A stretch of DNA of 64,000 nucleotides from Nitrosopumilus sp. (GCA_965206745.1 OZ242220.1:900434-964433); one strand, 5' to 3'. Numbered from the stretch's first letter, positions 47,202 through 58,312 are shown. A program made the numbers and translations. Notes: generated by a model not told the origin, from the sequence alone.

Positions 47202-47852
47202 CTAAATGAAGATGTCTGCTTTTCTCTCAACCTTTTGTTGTTTAAGCGAGTCTGGCACGTCGGGAATGGAGGATTTTGTCTGTCCAGCAATCACACTGTG
47301 AGCTTCTTCTAGTATTGCCAGCGTGTCTGCATTTGCTTCAGGTGCAATGCTCACACTATCCCCGATGCCTACTGATGATCCAGACATTACGTCTCCTAGT
47401 ATCTCTGAGAGGTCCTGCATTGAAGCAGTTGCCTCTGGCATAAGTCCAGTCAGTGATGGGCTTAACCCTTTGATGATTGCCATGCATGGACTTAGCGTTA
47501 CCACTACATCTCCCAACTCGGAGACTGTGTCTAGTCTAAGTTTGACTTGTTCCATGGACAGCTTTGCCCCGCCAACCATGTTTTTCATCTTTCTAACCTG
47601 AGTCAACTCTCCGGCGTATGCGTGAGCATAACTAGGCTTGTTATTTCTTTGGGCATTGACTATTTTTTCAAATATAACATCGTGTTTTTTCTGTAATTTT
47701 TCATTAATCTGCTCTAATTTTGAGATTTGAAACTGTAATTTTTTTTGTGCAAAATCAATCTTGTTTTTTAATGGCTCTTCTGGCTTTACCCTGCCAATTA
47801 CTCTCTGGGATATGCTCTCCCCTGCTGTTTTATCCCAAGAATTACTGATCAT
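47202..47852 (-). CDS. cdvB: ESCRT-III (Snf7) family cell division protein, CdvB type
   Basis: AYAGEL.QVRKM...LSMEQV.LRLDTVSELGDVVVTL pattern; which paralogue is not resolved. Confidence 0.85.
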   Translation of the reverse strand: MISNSWDKTAGESISQRVIGRVKPEEPLKNKIDFAQKKLQFQISKLEQINEKLQKKHDVIFEKIVNAQRNNKPSYAHAYAGELTQVRKMKNMVGGAKLSMEQVKLRLDTVSELGDVVVTLSPCMAIIKGLSPSLTGLMPEATASMQDLSEILGDVMSGSSVGIGDSVSIAPEANADTLAILEEAHSVIAGQTKSSIPDVPDSLKQQKVERKADIFI

Positions 47853-47943
47853 ATCTTATTCCCTAAATAACGTTGATTTTTTTGTTTTAAACAGAGTTGT
47901 CACCTCAGGTCATGTCACTGGAGTTACACTATGAGCAGTTACA

Positions 47944-49056
47944 CTATCCAAAGGTAAATGTGAATATTTGAAACCCTTGTCCCTTGACATTGATTTCAAT
48001 CAAGTGGGTCGAACTAGCCTCATCGGTGATGATGTTGTATAATCCTGCCCCAGTAACTTGCAGTATGTTGCCATCTTTGATGTCTGTTCCAGAGTATTTT
48101 GATGGCAGTGGTTCACCGTCAAGAAATATCTCCAACTCTGCATCATTTTCAGTTACAATGTTGACTTCTTTGGCATTGTATAGTAGTTTGATGGTACCAG
48201 TTTCAGAAACCAATTCCATACTGTCTCCATAATTACCCCATTTTCCTACTGGGTAGAATTTGTGCAAGTCAATTTTTTCTGGTTCTTGATATTCTACGAT
48301 TTCTCCTGGCTGAAATCCCTCCTCACTTCCTAACTGATTTCTATTCTGTGCAAATGTGTAACCAAAATATAATTCAGGGGTCCTAAACGCCGAATGTTGG
48401 AACTCCTCGATATCCACAAGCGACGATGCTGATGCCATTGGCATTCCAAAGTCTGCTGATCTTTCTTCTAATAGTTTTTGAATTACTATCTCTGTTTCCT
48501 GATATCCGCCTTCGCCGATGTGGTCATACCTGATATATCCTTCGTGGTCTGCAATGTATTTTCTTGGCCAATACCTATTTTCAAAAGCTTTCCAGGTTTC
48601 CATGTCGTTATCCATGACGACTGGATAGTTAATTCCGTGTTTTTCAATTGCCATCTTTACATTTTCTGGATCTTTTTCAAACTCGAACTCTGGTGAGTGA
48701 ACTCCGAGAATCAATAATCCTTGATCAGAATATTTGTCATCCCATGCGGTTATGTATGGCAATGTCCTGATACAGTTGATGCAACTATACGTCCAAATGT
48801 CGTATAGAATCACTTTGCCCTCCATTGCCTCACTTAGTTCCTCAGGTGTGGTGTTTAGGTAATTTGCGATTCCTACAATGTTGGGTGCCTTTTTAAATCC
48901 TGATTTATCTATCTTTGAGACTGAATCATCCCCTGTAAATGTGGTTGTTGATTGCGCCCCTTGATCTAATGTCATAAATACGATTCCCAACGCTGCTATC
49001 CCTACAACAATCACCGCACCTAAAATTATACCTGTCTTGATATCTGAGTTCATCAT
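47944..49056 (-). CDS. Membrane-anchored redoxin with DipZ-like C-terminal domain
   Basis: DIWTYSCINCIRT, GVHSPEF, NRYWP, TPELY, FTFG. Confidence 0.9.
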   Translation of the reverse strand: MMNSDIKTGIILGAVIVVGIAALGIVFMTLDQGAQSTTTFTGDDSVSKIDKSGFKKAPNIVGIANYLNTTPEELSEAMEGKVILYDIWTYSCINCIRTLPYITAWDDKYSDQGLLILGVHSPEFEFEKDPENVKMAIEKHGINYPVVMDNDMETWKAFENRYWPRKYIADHEGYIRYDHIGEGGYQETEIVIQKLLEERSADFGMPMASASSLVDIEEFQHSAFRTPELYFGYTFAQNRNQLGSEEGFQPGEIVEYQEPEKIDLHKFYPVGKWGNYGDSMELVSETGTIKLLYNAKEVNIVTENDAELEIFLDGEPLPSKYSGTDIKDGNILQVTGAGLYNIITDEASSTHLIEINVKGQGFQIFTFTFG

Positions 49057-49057
49057 A

Positions 49058-49789
49058 TCACCCTAGTAGCACCAATTCGTTAAGAAGTGGGAAATTTGCA
49101 ATGTATGCAAGTTGGTTGGTAAACACCAATACTCCTAAAATAATTATGAATGCTCCTAATATTATGTTGTAATACTTTAGATGCTTTGTCATAGAACGGA
49201 TTATCCTTGTGGCCCTTGAGAAAAATACACCCATGAGGATAAATGGAATTCCTAAACCAAATGAATATGCCAGTAGCAAACTAAACGATATTGATGGTGT
49301 GGTGGCAGCTAAAGTGAGAATTGTCCCAAGTATCGGACCCACGCAAGGGGTCCATCCTGCAGCAAATGCTAAACCAAATACAAATGACATTGGATAACTT
49401 GACTTTGAATTTTTAGGAAAGAATTTTTTTTCCACATTTAATGAGCGAATCTTTGTAGACAGTAATAGAAATATTCCAAAGGCAACTATGATGACTCCCC
49501 CTATCATGTTTAGACTGTTTGTTAAATCACTTGCCGCCCCTGAGAGAACACTATTTATCAGAACCCCCAACGTGGAAAACACCACTGAGAACCCTAAAAC
49601 AAAAAATACTGTGTTTAGTACAATGTTTACTCTGTTAACGGAAAGGACTGTCCCATCTTTAGAGCCTAGATCAGTTACAGTCGTTCCTGATATGTATGCT
49701 AGAAATGCAGGGATCATTGGCAAAATGCATGGAGCAACAAATGAGCCTAATCCTGCAAGTAAAGCAACAAGAATAGTCGGATCTGCCAA
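49058..49789 (-). CDS. ccdA: Cytochrome c biogenesis/disulfide transfer protein CcdA
   Basis: SFVAPCILPMIP and GWTPCVGP motifs. Confidence 0.92.
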   Translation of the reverse strand: MADPTILVALLAGLGSFVAPCILPMIPAFLAYISGTTVTDLGSKDGTVLSVNRVNIVLNTVFFVLGFSVVFSTLGVLINSVLSGAASDLTNSLNMIGGVIIVAFGIFLLLSTKIRSLNVEKKFFPKNSKSSYPMSFVFGLAFAAGWTPCVGPILGTILTLAATTPSISFSLLLAYSFGLGIPFILMGVFFSRATRIIRSMTKHLKYYNIILGAFIIILGVLVFTNQLAYIANFPLLNELVLLG

Positions 49790-49873
49790 TGATTAAACTT
49801 GGAATTTTTCCTTTAAAGCCTTCTTCCAATTCTAACCCCATTCCTTTTTAACTGGGAAATCACCAATTACACC

Positions 49874-49978
49874 ATGAACAATCGATTTATTATTGTCGGA
49901 GTAGCTTTGGGAATCATGGTTGCGCTTGCAGTAGTTATTGGATCGCCTGCAATTGGTGGCTTTGACGCTATGCGCTAA
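49874..49978 (+). CDS. Small single-TM protein (absent from the ORF track)
   Basis: MNNRFIIVGVALGIMVALAVVIGSPAIGGFDAMR*. Confidence 0.5.
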   Translation: MNNRFIIVGVALGIMVALAVVIGSPAIGGFDAMR

Positions 49979-51107
49979 TCAGAAATTTTTTGCGTGCCTT
50001 TTCAAAGACATTTAGTGCTTTTTCTATCTCTGATTTTGACAGCCAGGCCGTGACTGAAATCCTTAATCTGGCCTGATTTTCTGGAACCGTAGGATAGCGG
50101 ATCGGCTGTGCAAATATTCCATTTTTGAACAAAAATTCCCCAAACTCCATGGCCTTTTTTTCATCCCCCACGATTACTGGGATGATTTGGGACATGGAAT
50201 TAATTTCATAGCCTAGTTGTTTTAGGCCCTTTGCAAGATGCCTTGTATTTTTTACAAGTTTTATTCTCTGTTTTTCCCTATCTGATTGAAATCTTTTCTG
50301 TGAATATTCGATCAGAAAAGATGGCAATGCCGAAGTGTATATGAATGATTTTGATCTGTTGATACACAGATCAATTACGTTGTTGTGCGATGAAACATAC
50401 CCTCCAAATGATCCAAGACCTTTGCTCAAACTGCTGATATACAGGTCAACTTTCCTTGCAACATGCAGATAATCCGGAGTTCCTTTTCCGTCTTTGCCCA
50501 TTACAAAATCCCCGTGCGCATCATCTACTATTGTGATTGCGTCTGATTTATTTGAGATTTCGGAGATTTGTTTTAGTGGTGATAAATCCCCGTCCATGCT
50601 GAAGATGCCTTCGGTGATTATGAATTTGTTTTTTCCAGGCTGTTTTATTTTTTTGCTCAAATCTTGCATGTCGTTGTGTCTGTAAACTGAAACTTTGGCA
50701 TCTGTTAGTTTGCATGATTCAATTATGCTTGCATGGTTTAACTCATCACTGAGAACCAAATCTCCTTTTTTAACAACAGCTGAAATTGCCCCAAGATTTG
50801 CCATATATCCTGTGGGGTAAATCAAACTGCCCTGATGAGATTTGTGTCTTGCCAGCGTCTCTTCTAATTTTTTATAAGATTCATCATTTCCGGAGACTAG
50901 GCGTGAACTTGATTGTAACTGTTTGGTCTGAATTTTGGTAGCTGGAATGCCCAAATAATCATTTGAACACAGATTGACAAGTTTTTTGTTATTGATTGTA
51001 ATCATTGAGCCTTTTGCCGTCCCATATCGCAGTTTTCTATAAAGGTTGTTTTGCTTTAGATCTGCTAATTCCGAATCCACGAAATTCAGTTTATGTCTTG
51101 AGGCCAA
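49968..51107 (-). CDS. bioF: 8-amino-7-oxononanoate synthase
   Basis: CSNDYLG, SDELNHASII, DDAHG, SSLSKGLG. Confidence 0.94.
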   Translation of the reverse strand: MASRHKLNFVDSELADLKQNNLYRKLRYGTAKGSMITINNKKLVNLCSNDYLGIPATKIQTKQLQSSSRLVSGNDESYKKLEETLARHKSHQGSLIYPTGYMANLGAISAVVKKGDLVLSDELNHASIIESCKLTDAKVSVYRHNDMQDLSKKIKQPGKNKFIITEGIFSMDGDLSPLKQISEISNKSDAITIVDDAHGDFVMGKDGKGTPDYLHVARKVDLYISSLSKGLGSFGGYVSSHNNVIDLCINRSKSFIYTSALPSFLIEYSQKRFQSDREKQRIKLVKNTRHLAKGLKQLGYEINSMSQIIPVIVGDEKKAMEFGEFLFKNGIFAQPIRYPTVPENQARLRISVTAWLSKSEIEKALNVFEKARKKFLISA

Positions 51108-52071
51108 TTCTCTCTATTATCTCACGATCTTTACTGGCTTCATTTCCGCCCATGGTAAGATATCCTTCTGTAATTATGCCGTTTGCCCCGCTTTGTAGCA
51201 GTTCCTCTCCCGAATCAGACAACTTTGATTCCCGTCCTCCTGAAATTTTGATCACCGCCTCTGGCAATATGAATCTGATAACAGAAAACATTCTGAGAAT
51301 TTCTGAGTTTGGAATCTCTGTTTGTAATTCCAACGGGGTTCCGGGCATCGGAACAAGGATGTTTATTGTGACTTCCTCTGGAAATAGTCTTCCTAGTTCG
51401 AGTACAAGTTCCAATCTTTGCTCCCTTGTCTCCCCCAGCCCTATGATTCCGCCGGTGCACAGCTCAAGCCCTGCATCCCTGGCAATTGCCAAAGTTTTTA
51501 GCCGGTCTTCATATGTGTGGGTGGTACATATCTCTGGGAACTTTGATCTTGCAGTTTCTAAATTGTGATTGTATCTTTTTACTTTGAGCTCTTTTAATTT
51601 TCTAGCCTGTCCTGATGTGAGAAAACCCAGACTGCATTCTATGCTGATTCCGACCTTATCGTTGACTTTGGAAATAATGCTGCAGACTTTTTCAAAGTCT
51701 TTGGATGATGGTTCTCTCCATGCAGCTACAAGGCAGTATGATTCTGCACCGTCATTTTTTGCTTTTTGCGCTTTAATGACAACATCTTCAGGCGATGGTA
51801 ACTGGTACGTCTCTATCCCCGTATCAAAAAATGCAGACTGTCCACAAAATGTGCAGTCCTCACTGCATGCATTCTTTTTGATATTGTTTAGTTGCTCAAC
51901 ATCCACTTTTTTCCCGTTAAAGTCATGCGTTATCTCATTTGCGCATCTTGCTAAATCATTTAGATGTTCTTCTGGAACATTAAACAATCCCTTGATCTCC
52001 TCAGATGAGATGCCTATTCCTGAAAATACTTTTTCTTGGCACCCTTTAATGAATTCCAGAGTATTCATCAT
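51091..52071 (-). CDS. bioB: Biotin synthase
   Basis: CSEDCTFC radical SAM motif, YNHNLET, CTGGIIGLGE; start moved to 52071. Confidence 0.95.
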   Translation of the reverse strand: MMNTLEFIKGCQEKVFSGIGISSEEIKGLFNVPEEHLNDLARCANEITHDFNGKKVDVEQLNNIKKNACSEDCTFCGQSAFFDTGIETYQLPSPEDVVIKAQKAKNDGAESYCLVAAWREPSSKDFEKVCSIISKVNDKVGISIECSLGFLTSGQARKLKELKVKRYNHNLETARSKFPEICTTHTYEDRLKTLAIARDAGLELCTGGIIGLGETREQRLELVLELGRLFPEEVTINILVPMPGTPLELQTEIPNSEILRMFSVIRFILPEAVIKISGGRESKLSDSGEELLQSGANGIITEGYLTMGGNEASKDREIIERIGLKT

Positions 52072-52140
52072 TTTGTTTGAAAATATTCCATTTATAACAA
52101 TAATGGAAAGGTTAACCTCCTCATACATGAGGGTTAACAG

Positions 52141-53463
52141 TCAGATGACCTTGGGCGTGGCATCTTCAATTGTAGTGATTGTCCTGTTAATGAGTAACTC
52201 CAACTCCTTTTCAGATATTGCCAAGGGTGGCACAATCATGACTATGTTTCCCAGCGTTCTAAGGTAAATTCCGTTCTTTTTCCCCTCCTCAAAAAATATC
52301 TTGTTTATTGATTTTTTGGGTGAAATTGGAATCTTTCTATGTTTGTCCTGAACCAGCTCAATTCCCATGAGCATTCCTTTGTGCCTTATGTCCCCGACGA
52401 TCTCCAACTTTGATATTTTGTCATAGAATTTTTCAAAAACTTTGGATGTCTTTTGGATTCTTTTGATCAGGTTGTTCTTCTCATACATCTTGAGATTCTC
52501 ATATGCAACAGATGCCGCAATCGGATTTCCTGTATACGTATGCCCGTGAAAGAGATGCCTCCACTCATTGAATTCCCCCAAGAACGAATCGTAGATTTTT
52601 TTATTTGCAAGTGTTGCTGCCATGGTTATGTATCCGCCTGTTAGCATTTTTCCGTACGCTACAATGTCTGGCTTGCTTTGCTGTTCCTCATACTGCAGCA
52701 TTGGACCCAGTCTTCCAAAACCTGTGGCTATCTCATCTAGTACCAACAAAACATTGTATTTTTTACACAGATGACTTATCTTTTTCTGAAATCCTTTCGG
52801 ATAAACTATTACGCCTCCTGCTACCTGTGCCCCGCTCTCCATTACAAAAGCCGCAATGTCATCCTTTTTTGCAAATCGCCTCTCAATTTTATCCAAGCAA
52901 TGCTTTTGATAACCTGCAAAGGTGTATCCTTTTGGTATTCTGTATCTGTTTGGTACTGGAAACTGGATTGTTGAAAACAACTGTTCTCTGAACTTGCCAA
53001 AAAATTCTGGAACATATCCGACAGACATTGCCCCAAACGTGTCCCCGTGATAGCCGTTTTCCAGAGTTGCGATCTTTGTTTTCTTTGTGTTTCTGATATT
53101 TTTCCAATACTGCAGTGCAAGCTTTAATGCAATTTCCATGGCAGAAGAACCATTATCCGAATAAAACACCCTGTGCATCCCTGGAGATATTTTTACTAGG
53201 GTCTTGGCCAATTTTTCAGCCGGCTCATTTGTTAAATTGAACATGGATGAATGTTGCAATCTCTTGCTCTGACTAGTCATGGCTCTGATTAGCTGTGGAT
53301 TTGAGTGACCCCACACATTACACCACATTGAGGCTACGGCATCAATCATTTTGTTGCCCTTTGAATCAACAAGCCATACCCCCCTTGCGTTGGCAATCTG
53401 TGTAAATTCTCCCCACTCTTTCATCTGGGTGTTTGGGTGCCACACAAAACTATGGTTTTTCAA
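52141..53463 (-). CDS. bioA: DAPA aminotransferase
   Basis: WHPNTQM, DNGSSAME, GYHGDTFGAMS, DEIATGFGR, GKMLTGG. Confidence 0.95.
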   Translation of the reverse strand: MKNHSFVWHPNTQMKEWGEFTQIANARGVWLVDSKGNKMIDAVASMWCNVWGHSNPQLIRAMTSQSKRLQHSSMFNLTNEPAEKLAKTLVKISPGMHRVFYSDNGSSAMEIALKLALQYWKNIRNTKKTKIATLENGYHGDTFGAMSVGYVPEFFGKFREQLFSTIQFPVPNRYRIPKGYTFAGYQKHCLDKIERRFAKKDDIAAFVMESGAQVAGGVIVYPKGFQKKISHLCKKYNVLLVLDEIATGFGRLGPMLQYEEQQSKPDIVAYGKMLTGGYITMAATLANKKIYDSFLGEFNEWRHLFHGHTYTGNPIAASVAYENLKMYEKNNLIKRIQKTSKVFEKFYDKISKLEIVGDIRHKGMLMGIELVQDKHRKIPISPKKSINKIFFEEGKKNGIYLRTLGNIVMIVPPLAISEKELELLINRTITTIEDATPKVI

Positions 53464-53537
53464 GTAGTGTTAGTAGTACTATTGTTCATAAAAATCGAGC
53501 GACAAGATTAATCAATGATAAATTAGGATGTTTTTCA

Positions 53538-54224
53538 TTGAACTCCTTGTTTGTAACAGGTACAGATACCGACGTTGGCAAGACATACGTCACTGCAGGC
53601 CTTGCAGTCACTTTTCGCAAAATGGGCCTAGATGTGGGGGTTATGAAGCCTTTTGCGGCAGGCACATCTCAGAAAAAAGGATTCAAGTCCAAAGATGTGG
53701 AAATCCTTTCAAATGCGGCGCAGGTAAGTGACCCTGAAGAGCTGCTAAACCCGCAATTCTTCCCAATTCCTGCCTCACCGTATACGGCATGGAAGACTTT
53801 GAAAATAAAACCAAGAGTTTCAACCATCCTCTCAAGTTTTAAAAAACTGTCAAAGCTTCATGAAATGATCCTAGTGGAAGGCATGGGGGGGATAATGACT
53901 CCCATAATGAATGACTATTACATCACTCATTTGATCAAGGACATGAAAATTCCGGCAGTAATTGTGACAAGAACTAAAGTTGGAACAGTCAATCATACCA
54001 TGATGACAGTTAAGATGTGTGAAAAATACAAAATTCCAATCAGGGGGATTATCATTAATGATTTTGACTCTGATGGGTACAAAACAAAAGAGTTGGCCCG
54101 TGATTTGAAAAATATCTTGAGAGTTCCTATTTTGGGATCAATTCCGTTTATCGAAGATTTCAGTGACTCGTCACTGTACAAAATTTTCAGGAAGAATCTG
54201 GATTTTAAATTGCTGTCAAAATGA
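53538..54224 (+). CDS. bioD: Dethiobiotin synthetase
   Basis: FVTGTDTDVGKT, MKP, VEGMGG, GTVNHT; start moved to TTG 53538. Confidence 0.95.
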   Translation: MNSLFVTGTDTDVGKTYVTAGLAVTFRKMGLDVGVMKPFAAGTSQKKGFKSKDVEILSNAAQVSDPEELLNPQFFPIPASPYTAWKTLKIKPRVSTILSSFKKLSKLHEMILVEGMGGIMTPIMNDYYITHLIKDMKIPAVIVTRTKVGTVNHTMMTVKMCEKYKIPIRGIIINDFDSDGYKTKELARDLKNILRVPILGSIPFIEDFSDSSLYKIFRKNLDFKLLSK

Positions 54225-54227
54225 GGA

Positions 54228-54794
54228 TCATACTCGCAAAATTTTAAATTTGCTTGATCCTCCAACATTGCTGAATTTTGCAATCTCAAATATTATTTTG
54301 GAAAATGAATTGTCTTCCTTACTTAGCACAAAGGATCTCTTTCCAGTTTCGACTTTCTCTGATAAAACCAACCAAATGTTCTCTTTTTGGGGCTGGATTT
54401 TCTCCAACTGCATGATCTCTTCATTTATTTTTTTAGTATCAGATGACTTTGCTATGCAAATCAACAACGTCTTTTTTGGATCTTTTTCCAGCGTTTTTGT
54501 GTCAGGAATAACAATGTCCAGCTCATTTCCATTATACACTACTTTTCTCTGACTGGTGATTAGTGCATTTGTAAGCAAATAATGCAGTAGCACAGTGGCC
54601 AATATCTCTACCACTTTTTCTTTCTCTCCCATTGACAGAATTTTCTCATAGCAATTTTCTGTTACATCTATAATAATCTGATCAAATTTCTTATCTGCAA
54701 TCAGTTTGGGAATCACTTTTGAATTTTTTATGTATTCAAACAAATGTTCCTTTATTGGATTTGATTCTTCCATATCTTTAGCAATTCTCATCAT
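54228..54794 (-). CDS. Hypothetical protein (possible PD-(D/E)xK-like fold)
   Basis: 188-aa ORF; ELDIVIP...LLICIAK pattern. Confidence 0.7.
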   Translation of the reverse strand: MMRIAKDMEESNPIKEHLFEYIKNSKVIPKLIADKKFDQIIIDVTENCYEKILSMGEKEKVVEILATVLLHYLLTNALITSQRKVVYNGNELDIVIPDTKTLEKDPKKTLLICIAKSSDTKKINEEIMQLEKIQPQKENIWLVLSEKVETGKRSFVLSKEDNSFSKIIFEIAKFSNVGGSSKFKILRV

Positions 54795-54808
54795 GGTTGA
54801 CTTTTAGG

Positions 54809-56227
54809 TTACTCGTTGAAAATATAGCGCCTTTCGCCTCTGGATTCTTTTTGAGTATCTACGTGAACCAGTACGAACTCTTTCTTTGTATGGACCATGG
54901 ATTCTTCTGGTGTCAGTTTGTTCTCATGCAGTTCTTCATACTCTCTCCATGTCAGCCTTCTGCGTGGACCGATTTCAGATTCCAAATTCATATCCTTTAC
55001 CATCTCTTTGTAAGTTGGTTGTATGACGCCGCTAAAGACCATTGCACTGCTTCCGCTCCCGTAAGAGCCAAATCCGATTCGTTTTCCGTCCAAATCGATG
55101 CCTTTCTGATACTCAAATTCCAAACTGCTTCTGAACCCCAAATACAATGATGCGGTATACAGATTGCCAATCATGCTTGATGCAATCAGCGAACTGGAGA
55201 GTTTTGACTCGTAAATTTCCTGATAAGCTTGAGTTTTTGTAAATAGTTTGGTAAATTCGTGGTCCTTTGTCATGAACTCTTCATCGCCTAACACCGACTC
55301 GATTGTTCCGCGAGGATCCTTTGGTATTGGTTCCTCAACTCCTATCTCCTGCAGGATCTTCTTCCATCTTGGAAGCTGTCTCCATTCGTGCCTGACCAAA
55401 TATGCCAAAGCCTTCTTGCCCATGTTACTGTATGGCAGGTGCATGTGGATGTAATCCATGTGATCTAAAATTGTCTCATCTGGCTCTATTTTGATCAAAC
55501 CTGATGAGATTACCTTCTTCTTGTATGCCTCAAGTGCTTTTCTGACCTGAATCATGTATAGTAAATTCGAATACTGCCCATGAACAATAGGCGTCTCTTT
55601 CCCAAAAGGTCTGTAAAAGTCATATTCGTCTTTAATTGATGTGGATGTAACTTTGGGATCAAATGCCAACAGTCTTGGCTTGTCATTGAGAAGCATGACT
55701 ACAGCTCCTGCGCCTTGTGTCATCTCACCGCTGGAACCCATATCATACTTTGCGATATCTGATACCACTACCAGTGCGTGTTTTCCTTCGGCTTCCCCTG
55801 CTCTGATCCAGTTTGTATTATCATATAATGCATATGAGCCGCTTACACATGCAAACTTTGTTTCAACCCCCCCGCAATGCTCAAAAGCCCCTTGGCCGTA
55901 CACCTGCTCTAGCATTCCAATAACGTACGAGTTCATTGCTTTTGATTCATCAAACGCGGATTCTGTCGAAACGTATAACCTTCCGATATCATCTGGCGAT
56001 AGTTTGTTTTTTTGCATTATTCGCAAACATGCATTTGCTGCAAGACATGCTGGGTCTTGATTGGCATCAACAATTGCCATTTGAGATACTCCTAGACCTT
56101 TTTGCAACTTGACTGGGTCTAGTCCTCTGTTGTCTGCAAAATCAGCTGCATCGATATACAACCTTGGAATGTAAATTGCAATATCGTCTACTCCTGCTGC
56201 CATAAGCTTGCCTCCGAGTTTATACAT
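54809..56227 (-). CDS. hmgS: Hydroxymethylglutaryl-CoA synthase
   Basis: TESAFDESK, ETKFACVSG catalytic Cys, TQGAGAV, DFYRP, HLPY, GNLYTASL, SYGSG. Confidence 0.94.
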   Translation of the reverse strand: MYKLGGKLMAAGVDDIAIYIPRLYIDAADFADNRGLDPVKLQKGLGVSQMAIVDANQDPACLAANACLRIMQKNKLSPDDIGRLYVSTESAFDESKAMNSYVIGMLEQVYGQGAFEHCGGVETKFACVSGSYALYDNTNWIRAGEAEGKHALVVVSDIAKYDMGSSGEMTQGAGAVVMLLNDKPRLLAFDPKVTSTSIKDEYDFYRPFGKETPIVHGQYSNLLYMIQVRKALEAYKKKVISSGLIKIEPDETILDHMDYIHMHLPYSNMGKKALAYLVRHEWRQLPRWKKILQEIGVEEPIPKDPRGTIESVLGDEEFMTKDHEFTKLFTKTQAYQEIYESKLSSSLIASSMIGNLYTASLYLGFRSSLEFEYQKGIDLDGKRIGFGSYGSGSSAMVFSGVIQPTYKEMVKDMNLESEIGPRRRLTWREYEELHENKLTPEESMVHTKKEFVLVHVDTQKESRGERRYIFNE

Positions 56228-56311
56228 TTAAGGATATTGGGTAAATTCTAAGTAGCTAAAGTGGGAATTTTGCCAATTTTAATAATTCATGAGTGAATTG
56301 ATCGCAATCTG

Positions 56312-57020
56312 CTATTCTTCTAATGCGCTTTGAAATGCCTGCTCAAATGTCTCAAATGACTGTGCTCCAGATAGCAGAGTTGTTCTTCCATCAGGGCCGA
56401 TCACAAAAAATGCAGGAGTTCCAGTCAATTCCAAACTTCTTGCATCCTCGTTACTGGCAAGTATTGTTTGTGAGTGTGTCTGATTTAGCATACACTCAGA
56501 CCATGCATCCATATCCAACCCTATCTCTTGAGCAAATCCTGCTAGGTTCTCTGATGATGCCCATCCGTTATTCTCCCCTGTCCAGTTTGAATACAAAATA
56601 TCGTGATATTCCCAAAACAGTCCTTGTTCATTGGCACAGTGGGCCCCATGGGATGCGTTTATGGAATCCGGACCAATGATGTTGTAATCTTTGAAGATCA
56701 TCTTGACCTTTCCTGTTTGGACATAGTCATTTATGATGTCCTCTTCAGTTGAATGAAAGAAGACATTACAAAAATGACATTGATAGTCCCCAAATTCGAC
56801 CAAAGTTATAGGCGCATCAGGACTTCCAAGTATGGGAGACCCGTTAGCTAAAAACGTATCGATGCTGATCTCTGATGGGTCTGCCTGCATGCTGGGCGTG
56901 GGCTGAATCTCAAGCTCTGTCTGATTTGAGATGCTCTCAAATCCTAAAAACGCAATGATTAGGACTATTGAGGATATTGCAGCTCCAATCGCAAGGGACG
57001 GCGCATGTATCATCAACATG
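56312..57020 (-). CDS. DsbA-family thioredoxin
   Basis: GSPDAPITLVEFGDYQCHFC, GTPAFFV; N-terminal TM from about 57020. Confidence 0.9.
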
Positions 57021-57323
57021 AGATTCTTTCTGGTTACATTTAGTCGTTTATCCTGAGATGGCCCCATGATTTTACCCGTGTGCCTTTCATTCTGGGTTAA
57101 ATCTGATTTCAAATGACAGGCTCTAAAGTAGTTTTGATGATTCAGGCCAGTCCTACTGCCGCCTTTTGACTGTGATGCATTCTCCATTGATCCTCGGATC
57201 CGGTTGTCCCTTTAGTGTCCATGACTGATAATGTCTGATTTAGGATTACAACCAAGCATATTGTGATGTTTTCCTTTCAGTCCACTTTTGATGCAAATTT
57301 GCAAGCGTCTTGTTTTTGAATTC

Positions 57324-57632
57324 CTAGTCCTTGATTTCAAAGTATTCTACAGTGTGTGAGAACTGCCTGTTGTAATCTACCTCGTTCCAGAATTTTTCTT
57401 CATCTATGTTTCGTCCCTGATCAATCCAGACGTTTAGAATTTTTTGCATAAACATCTGAGTGCTTTGATCAATTTGAGGCCTTTTGCCTGTCTCTTTCTC
57501 AATCCGATCACGCTCTTCCTTGAACTTTTTCAGTAGCCCTTTGAGCTGCTTTCCGTTCATCTGGGCCGCTTTTTCTCTTTTGGCAGATTTTAGATCCTTT
57601 TTAAAATTTGATAAAAACCCCATATGATACAA
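57324..57632 (-). CDS. Hypothetical protein
   Basis: 102-aa ORF. Confidence 0.75.
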   Translation of the reverse strand: MYHMGFLSNFKKDLKSAKREKAAQMNGKQLKGLLKKFKEERDRIEKETGKRPQIDQSTQMFMQKILNVWIDQGRNIDEEKFWNEVDYNRQFSHTVEYFEIKD

Positions 57633-57956
57633 CTAGGCTGATACTATGATTAAAGGGTTAGAAACACTATGATGAATGCAACTGAAACTATTGCTATGGA
57701 AATTTTCATAAATGGTGACATTGGTTTTGATTAATTTATTGGGATTATAATCGTATCACGGTTCATATTTTTGGCAAATTGCCCGTTTTATCCAAATTGG
57801 ATTTACAAACTTTGCAATAAAGCCTGATCTCTTTGGAAGGAAATTCTGTTCCACAATTTTTACAAGTGAAAAATTTTTCATCATCCATATTTTCTGCAGT
57901 GATCTAGTGAACTTAAGAGTATTGCTAGAACAAATATGTAACGCGCCGATTCTGAC

Positions 57957-58268
57957 TTATCTCCCAGGCCTTTTAAATCCCTGTTTTATCAGGCTGTTTG
58001 ACGCTGAGGATTTCTGAAATTTTTTCACAACGACTTGGTTTTTTTGCTTTTTGTCATTTGGGTCCTCTTCAATTTTGTAAACCCTGTCTTGTGGTTTTTT
58101 TGCCTTTTCTTTATTATTTGACGGGATGATATTTGACGGGGATATCTTTCTTTTATTGGGGTTTTTTGGTTTTTTAGTATTTGGCAAGTTCTTTGCAGTC
58201 CATTTGATATTTTTAAAATCTGCAGTAGATGACTTTTCTTTATTATGGTCTCCCAATGACTTTACCAT
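57957..58268 (-). CDS. Lys-rich low-complexity hypothetical protein
   Basis: Probable start MVKSLGD at 58268. Confidence 0.6.
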   Translation of the reverse strand: MVKSLGDHNKEKSSTADFKNIKWTAKNLPNTKKPKNPNKRKISPSNIIPSNNKEKAKKPQDRVYKIEEDPNDKKQKNQVVVKKFQKSSASNSLIKQGFKRPGR

Positions 58269-58312
58269 GAATAATTGTGATATGTAGTAGAGATAAGAGT
58301 ATTGATTTGTCC

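Noticed and set aside
53433-53537. N-terminal extensions in the ORF track (bioD; also trkH, DUF151, rpl14, bioB, DsbA)
   Set aside because: They come from upstream near-cognate starts overlapping neighbouring genes. Conserved domains begin at the downstream starts given in the features.
49968-54224. bioFBA/bioD cluster as a horizontally acquired novelty
   Set aside because: Biotin synthesis clusters are already known in Nitrosopumilus-type AOA, and nothing in the sequence suggests an island here.
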